Assembly: GCA_000934665.2 (NCBI GenBank)
Contig: JYFJ02003375.1
Span: 1-42,749, forward strand
Origin: Catajapyx aquilonaris
Taxonomy: Eukaryota
Reading direction: 5' to 3'
DNA length: 42,749 bases
Shown here one piece after another: positions 36,304-42,749 of the stretch (its first letter is position 1; each line of letters opens with the position of its first letter). The notes below the pieces were generated by a model. That model worked only from the letters and a program-made list of their open reading frames with translations, was not told where the DNA came from and made no database searches. The position numbers were made by a program, and so were the translations under genes.

Positions 36304-39300
36304 TCATCTTGCATCGAAGACAATCACTGTGGATGATGAGTCAAGGACTGTTGGTATATATGGTACATGCATTACATGCACATGCACACAAAAAAGTGCC
36401 CTTCATGGCTGCTGCACCAGTAATGGTTGCCTATTGCTAGAAAATGTGTACTGTACTTCCCACATCTGCAAAAGAAGAGCACATAAATCGCCTCGGAAGT
36501 TACCACACAAACCTTGAAAACCTTGAAAACCTGGACAACCTTAGCCTGTCATTCTGAAGTTCCGTAGAATTTCATCGCTTTGTCCTAATGCACGATGACA
36601 ATGAGCTGATCTTGCCATTTCTAACTCGACCATGACATTACTCCATTCTACTGCTGCACAATATAATTGTGTGGCCTTGAATCATAGTCTGAGAGAAAAA
36701 AATTTGCTGTGCAGAAAAGTGAACATGCATATAGGATTTGGTTTTACACAAGGTGTTAACTTGTATCTAGTATGACTAGGCATTAATAATCTGAAAATGG
36801 CATAAGAGTGTTAACGATGTTACCAAACACTTTTTATCACAGGCAATAGTCTCAAATGAGAAGTAACAATAGGATCTGCACACAAAAAGATACTCCCACA
36901 ATAAATAATAAAAACTGATGAGACGAACGAGTTCAACAATAAGCACCAACAGAAAACATACTTTGTTATCAAAATAAGCAGAAAAGGCATATTCTGTGGT
37001 TACATGCAAAGGTCAAAATAAGATCTGAACAAATATTAAGGTCAGGTGAGCCAAAAATGCACGACATATATAAAATTATGACTGGTGACTTCATCTAGTC
37101 TGCCGTGAAGCAAGTCTATATTTTTTTCGCTAGAATAACTGCAGTGAACCAGTATTTCCAGTTTGCAGCCTCACCACACATGTTTATGTGACACGAACAA
37201 GTGTCCTTCACTCGTATGAGCTCCTGTCGTATTTCAAAAAAATTCGAAATTACATTCAATACCATCAGCAGCATGCATGCACGGTACAGTACACTGAAAG
37301 TGACTTCCCAGAGAGCCATAGAGCAACTACTAGAGTGAAACCTATCTATAACATAGTCACTCCACCCTGCAGATTCATTTTACATAATCTGTGCAGGGGG
37401 TAACACAATGGCACTTGTGCCTATGCCGCATTCTCTAGAAATTGCACCAACAATGGTTGTGAAATGGTTCGACATCACTCGCACATTTTTATTCCTTGAA
37501 AGAAATATTCAAGGTGAAATACGGTATATAATAGAACCTGTAAAAACACATACTATCACCAAAAAAAAAAAACACGTAATAGACTTAGGTTGCCTAACCA
37601 TGTGCCTGATTATAAAGCTGGATAGTCATTTGAATCATTTCAAAGCCTCATACTGCACAATTTTCACGTCGACTTGTCCAGAGTATTGGCAATCCTTTCC
37701 CAATAGCTGTTATTCAATCACTTATTTTATTATTAAGGGACCGAATAATGAGAGACAGGCGAAACACTTTTGGGATTGCCTGATGCCTAAATACACGGAG
37801 TTTGTGATATGTGAGGAGCCTGGCAAATTACTGCGGCTGAAAAGCGTATTGCACTTGAGGCACTGGCTTACTCCACAATAATTGAGAAAATTCTGAAATG
37901 AATAAGATAACCTTGACATTTTAAGGAAATCGGAGTTTCAGCTAGCCGTGGCCAACAATAAAAATACGAGCATGCTGTGTCGCGGTTGGACTGACAGTGA
38001 CAGGTACATGTATCATAATTGACATGTGGTCCTCTGGCTAATGTCCTATGCAAGTCAGGAAGGAAAAGTAGCCTGTATATTCCAGCCCAGCTGAGATTCA
38101 GCAGGTAACCTGACGCAAGCCTGAACGCAAGAACAGGAGACATATAGCTGTCCGTGTGTAAAAACTGCTTTTGCTGGAAATGAGTCCACAGTGGACTTCA
38201 TTACAGACACTTTCCAACAATCTGAGCACGCGACCCATTTGGTAGCACTGGCAAGACCTGCCTGAAATCGCCCCTGAGGATCATGAGTTTCCCTCAGCGA
38301 GGGCCACAGCGAGGACAATTTTTTGCTGGTTTTCAAAATGATTTATCAAAGTTTTGTAGAGAAACGTTTTGCCAGTTCCACCTGGGCCGTCAATCAAGAA
38401 AAGGTGCCAACCGGCCCAACCCTACCAATGACAGCTTCCCCACCTCGCTGTCTCTTGCGCCAACCACAATCCTTGCTGAACACGTACCCCGTGGGAATGT
38501 CTTGATAAAGAGTGTTGCTTGCCGTGGGATCATTCGAGTTGAGGAGGAACCAAGCAGTGAGAGTGGTGTGCATGGTGCTCTCCAGGCGCAAACGCTCCTC
38601 CTCCTGGCCCTCCTCAAAGAATATGCGCTGAGCGTCTTTCAGATGCACGGCAAGCTGAAGGATTGTGTGGGACTGGTGATGCAAACGGTTTTCTTCCAAT
38701 CGCCAAGCAGCCTCCGGTGGAGTGACACATCTGGTGTCGACAAAGTGATTTATTTCGTTCAAAGAGAAGACGCCGTCATTTTCCTTCAACGCAACTCGCG
38801 CTCTGTCGTGCCCCTTAGTGAAGTACTTGCATAAGTACTTGATTGCCAAGATGGTGTGGCACATCTCAACATTGATGTGGGCTTCGAACATGAGGGTAAG
38901 GAACGGGTTGTAGGGGACGACCCAGCCATTGTTGACGTGGACTTGGTCCGTGTTATCAGTACAGTACAGTATCAGTACTTGGGGTACCCATCCCCGCTTG
39001 TGTCGGTGGACTCTTGGAAAGTTTTCGGGAAGTGCTTCTTGCACTTTCCGTTTTCCATGCACACGCAGCGAGGGTTGAGTTCGCCGCATGGTCCGTGGAT
39101 GTTATTGGTCATAATTATGGTGTAAAGGCGTGGATTGGAATTTCCGCACTGATCACACGATCAACTCCCTCGGGTGTGCGTAAATGGTACTCCTCCTGAA
39201 GCCAGAAAAGTGAATGAAGATGTGGAAGACCGCGTTTTTGAAATTCAATCACATACACAAAAGCCTGGACTTTGCCAAAAATGTTGTCTTTGGTCATAAG

Positions 39301-41523
39301 ATTCATAAACTTCTCCACTTTCAATTGAAAGACACGTGAGACGATATCTGGCCGAGCACTGGCATGCCCTGAGGATCGTGAACCAAGGCGGGCGTTGCCA
39401 AGTGGTGAACCTCACCGCTGACTTTGAGTGTTAACGCAAACTCTAATTACTATAAACAATACTTTGACCAAATGATAATAATCAGACACCAACTGAACTA
39501 AGAACACGGGTACCGTACTTTGAACAATGCTATGGAAAAATAGCAATAGAACACCAACCAAACTCTTAATACAGTGAACAATACTGTGAACAAATAACAA
39601 TTGAACACCAAACAAACAATGAAAACTTTGAACAATGCTATGGAGAAATAGAAATCGAACACCAAACAAACTCTGAATACTGTGAACAAATTACAATGGT
39701 ACAAAATCGAATGTCGGAGGATGCCAGCAGGCAAGGTACGTGGTGAAGAAGGATGGGATATATGCAGTGGTGGCCATTGCCAGCTGACCTCAATCGACCC
39801 CAAACGATACTGCGACATGCACCAACACCTTCTAAGTTCACAGCCCTCGAAGGGAATGATGTAATGGGGATCTGACTGCACGGCAAGCTGGACAAACTTC
39901 AACCGAAGTAGCATACCAGCAGGCAAGGCAGGTGGCGATTAAGAGTGTGTCTATTGCCAGTGGACATCAATACACCCCAAACCAGATTGGGACCTGTACC
40001 TTTCAGAGCCCACGTAGGGAATGATAAAATGCGCGAAGGGATCTGATCGTTCGATTCTACGTATTCGACGGCAGTCAGTTTCCGACACTACACCGTAAGA
40101 TGTGCCTCGAAGACAGTGTACTGTACTTCCCATCTGTGAAAGCACCGCATGGGTAGGCCTACAGGCGCAGTTCCAAAGTAGTCCGATCAGTATTGGTAAC
40201 GTTCGAATTTCGAACTTACATTTCCACACCAGTACATACGGCCAATTTTCAATAACCAGCAACCCGCGGCGAAGGGGGGACAGGCAGGGTGGGTGGGGAA
40301 GGGGAAAAGGTCCAGGTGACATTGACGGTGGGAGAGGCGAAAAAAAGCGACCTTCATGCGCGGAGGTCAACATGTAACTGAACAGGTCCCACCCCTGTTA
40401 CACATGCTTGGAACAGGGGCCAATCGTAGGCGTCATGGTAACAATACGTTTTGAATACGTCGCAGTAACAATGGACGGGGGCCAATAGGAAGAGGTGGTG
40501 GCAACAATATGGGGGAGGACCAATCAGAGCGCTCGGTCAAAGTCCGCAAGCATTTTAATATTATAGATGTTGCCATGAAAGAACTTAACGAGCGATCTTA
40601 TGGGATGTGTCAGGCAATATGTGTCCTGGGCTGTATCCGTATTATAGAACACATTCATTTGAGTAATAATAATTTTCACAGAGATTGTGATAATGCTGTG
40701 CTAAAGAAAACCTTGCCTTATACCGGCATACCTCGCCCTATACCAGCATTCCCGGTATAGCCACCAGATCGCGCATTTCTAAAAACTGGTCACCTCGGCT
40801 ACACCGGCATGCCGCTTTTTGTGAGGTAAAATGGTAGTTACATTAATATAGAAAAGATCACTTGCGGGATCTATTTAAGCTCACATAGTAACAGCTTTTA
40901 ATCAGGTTGCTCCTAGTAATATTGGTGGAAAAGTGGAACTCATTCCTTGTCTAGTTACAGAGATTGATCAAATATTGGGCTTCAGGGCAGGGGGGACAAT
41001 TAGCACATGTTTTAGCTCAGATTAGTAGAAGCTGAAAAGTGACACGAGTCTTATAACTTATGCTAAGAATATTAACCCTTTTTTCAGCATTATAAATACG
41101 AAACAACTGTTAAAATTAATCAATCCCCATACGGCATCCAAGCTGCTTTTGAGGTTAAAAAAAAGGATACGCCTCTTGGTCCTCTTCTTGTACATGATGC
41201 GATATCCACACTCCCTGCACCTGATGGGGTCTCTCGCTCTCATCTCATTCTCATGGTGGCATTCTTGCGGAGATAAAGGGAAAATTAGTACCCGCAAAAG
41301 GCAGCAACAAAACAAGATAAAACATTTCCTGGTTCAGACACATGAACCCAACTTTCTGAAGTTGAAGCCCCCCCTTTCTCCTGCCTTATTAACATGACCA
41401 GAATAATGAATAACCTCCGCAGATGTAGACCATGGGCGTCTTGACCTGCGCCTGCTCCTTCCCTGGGGTTGCGCCAGGGGTGGACCCTCCTCCACCGCTA
41501 GTACCAGGCACCGGCGAGTCCAT
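36304..41523 (-). CDS. POLR2K: DNA-directed RNA polymerases I, II and III subunit RPABC4 (RPB12), 74 aa
   Basis: Exons 41523-41415, 41263-41171, 36326-36304 give ..[45 protein letters not shown], the RPB12 zinc ribbon with its conserved C-terminus. Confidence 0.95.
38055..39365 (-). mobile_element. Defective Helitron Rep/helicase remnant (element ends not determined)
   Basis: [12 protein letters not shown] motif [43 protein letters not shown] (Y2 motif) and PIF1 C-terminal VFTHGQLYV. Frameshifts and stops are present and most of the helicase is missing. Confidence 0.92.
39460..39700. repeat. Degenerate tandem repeat (~108-bp period, ~54-bp subunits)
   Basis: actttgaacaatgctatgga at 39517 and 39625; recurring gaacaccaa and actgtgaacaa motifs. 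Confidence 0.8.
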
Positions 41524-41639
41524 CTCTCTCCGGGAGTTCAGAAGCCGGCTTCAGACAGCACCTTTTCCGTCCTCAAACCCTGCAAAAGACTGCAAATCGG
41601 AAGAGGAAACGAAAAGCGTCGGATTTCGACAAGTTACGA

Positions 41640-41750
41640 AATGGACGCCATCTTGGCTGCTGCTCAATTCCGATGCACACTGCGCACTTCGGTAGGGCAC
41701 TAGGGGCTGCTGCTGAATAGGCTGACTTATGGCGCCAGATTCAAACCCTG
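41640..41750 (-). promoter_or_regulatory. POLR2K promoter / 5' region with YY1-like motif
   Basis: cgccatcttgg (CAAGATGGCG on minus) at ~41646, in a GC-rich stretch ~120 nt upstream of the ATG. Confidence 0.5.
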
Positions 41751-41934
41751 ATGTCAGGAATGACCGGTTTGTGTTCTGAACACGTAATTGCATAATTATT
41801 CTCCCATAATGCGTAATTTGATTTTATTCAACTGGCCTCAGATTGTACTTTATACTGTGGACTAAATAACTGAAAGATCGTGAAAGATAGTGCTGAAAAC
41901 CAGAGAACCGAGATAATGCGGAAAAATTACTGTA

Positions 41935-42040
41935 AAAAAAGTGTACACTGGAGTACCAAAATTTAAGGAGTACCAAGGAGTACCAAAGAGTAAGGTACCT
42001 AAGGAGTACCTGGGAGTACCGAAGTGGTTAACCCTTTGGT
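41935..42040. mobile_element. Truncated second copy of the GGAGTACC-repeat MITE
   Basis: aaaagtgtacactggagtaccaaa..ggagtaccgaagtggttaaccctttg aligns with 17725-17851; the left TIR is absent. Confidence 0.7.
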
Positions 42041-42749
42041 CAAATTGGTCAATAATTACGAGTAATTTTGTAATTTCAAGTTTAAAATGGCTCTAGTATA
42101 TTTGAAATTATTTTCGTGTGCTTTTTACATTGGTACGTATATTAAAAAGGTATTTTTGAGTCAAGCAATGTTCATTACAACTGTTGGTGAGATATGACAT
42201 TGTAATACCTCACAATTTGAAGGCATTGCAAAGAGTACTGCGCAATCGTCAAGTTCACTTTTTATATATGTCAATTTCACATTTTTAAATTCCCAACTTC
42301 ATGTCAAAATATGGAGTGATTATTGCATTTCAAGTTATCTGTAGCAATATGAACACCTTTAAAACGTTTAAAATCGCAAATCATAATCATTTTGCATAAA
42401 TAATTGGTTAAAATCCTAGTTCACTTTAACCAAATATTGTTACTCACAATATATTGTCATTATTGTAAAACACTAATTCTGAGTATTTTGCAATAATGAC
42501 TGAGCCTGGATAATTGATTAAAAAGGACACTATCCGTTTGAAACTTTTCGCATTTCACAAGCAGAGATATTAAAGGGGAATATCAATGAGTACAAGTACG
42601 TACATGGAGTGATCATGTATGTATCCTCCTGAGACCCGAGAAGAATTGAGTTACGCAATATCAGTTCCTATTGCATTTTCTGAACATTTTCCCAATAAGA
42701 AACGAGAAAAAAATTTTAGTTTTAAAATATCGACAAAAATGGCGACAAA

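Larger units (their letters stand above)
36327..41170 (-). other. U12-type (minor spliceosome) GT-AG intron of POLR2K
   Basis: Donor GTATCCTTTT at 41170-41161; branch site GTCCTTGAC at 36348-36340, ~14 nt from the CAG acceptor; no polypyrimidine tract. Confidence 0.92.

Noticed and set aside
37408..37881. 157-aa plus-strand ORF
   Set aside because: No recognisable motifs, AT-rich with an A-run, and lies within the POLR2K intron.
38283..39199. Plus-strand ORFs of 183, 89 and 61 aa
   Set aside because: Antisense shadows of the Helitron Rep sequence.
41058..41170. POLR2K C-terminus ..[11 protein letters not shown] from the ORF track
   Set aside because: This is read-through into the U12 intron; the conserved LIVFDAR exon is at 36326-36304.

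Overview
Intron-rich eukaryotic DNA, probably arthropod/pancrustacean (inferred from the Takeout/JHBP genes). I assembled exons by hand from splice signals. In order, the window holds: (1) a THAP-domain + zinc-finger gene (-); (2) two tandem 9-exon, 499-aa ALDH3-like genes (+) that keep the catalytic Cys but have lost the other catalytic and NAD(P)-binding motifs; (3) three tandem Takeout/JHBP-family gene bodies (-) facing the ALDH pair; (4) POLR2K/RPB12 (-), whose last intron is a 4.8-kb U12-type intron containing a decayed Helitron. I found only two signal-peptide first exons for the three JHBP bodies. The intact middle body has no recognisable leader and is preceded by a periodic array of CTCF-like and YY1-like motifs, which suggests one leader exon spliced to alternative gene bodies. 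A tRNA-derived SINE, several MITEs and long palindromes are also present. All gene models and functions are untested predictions.
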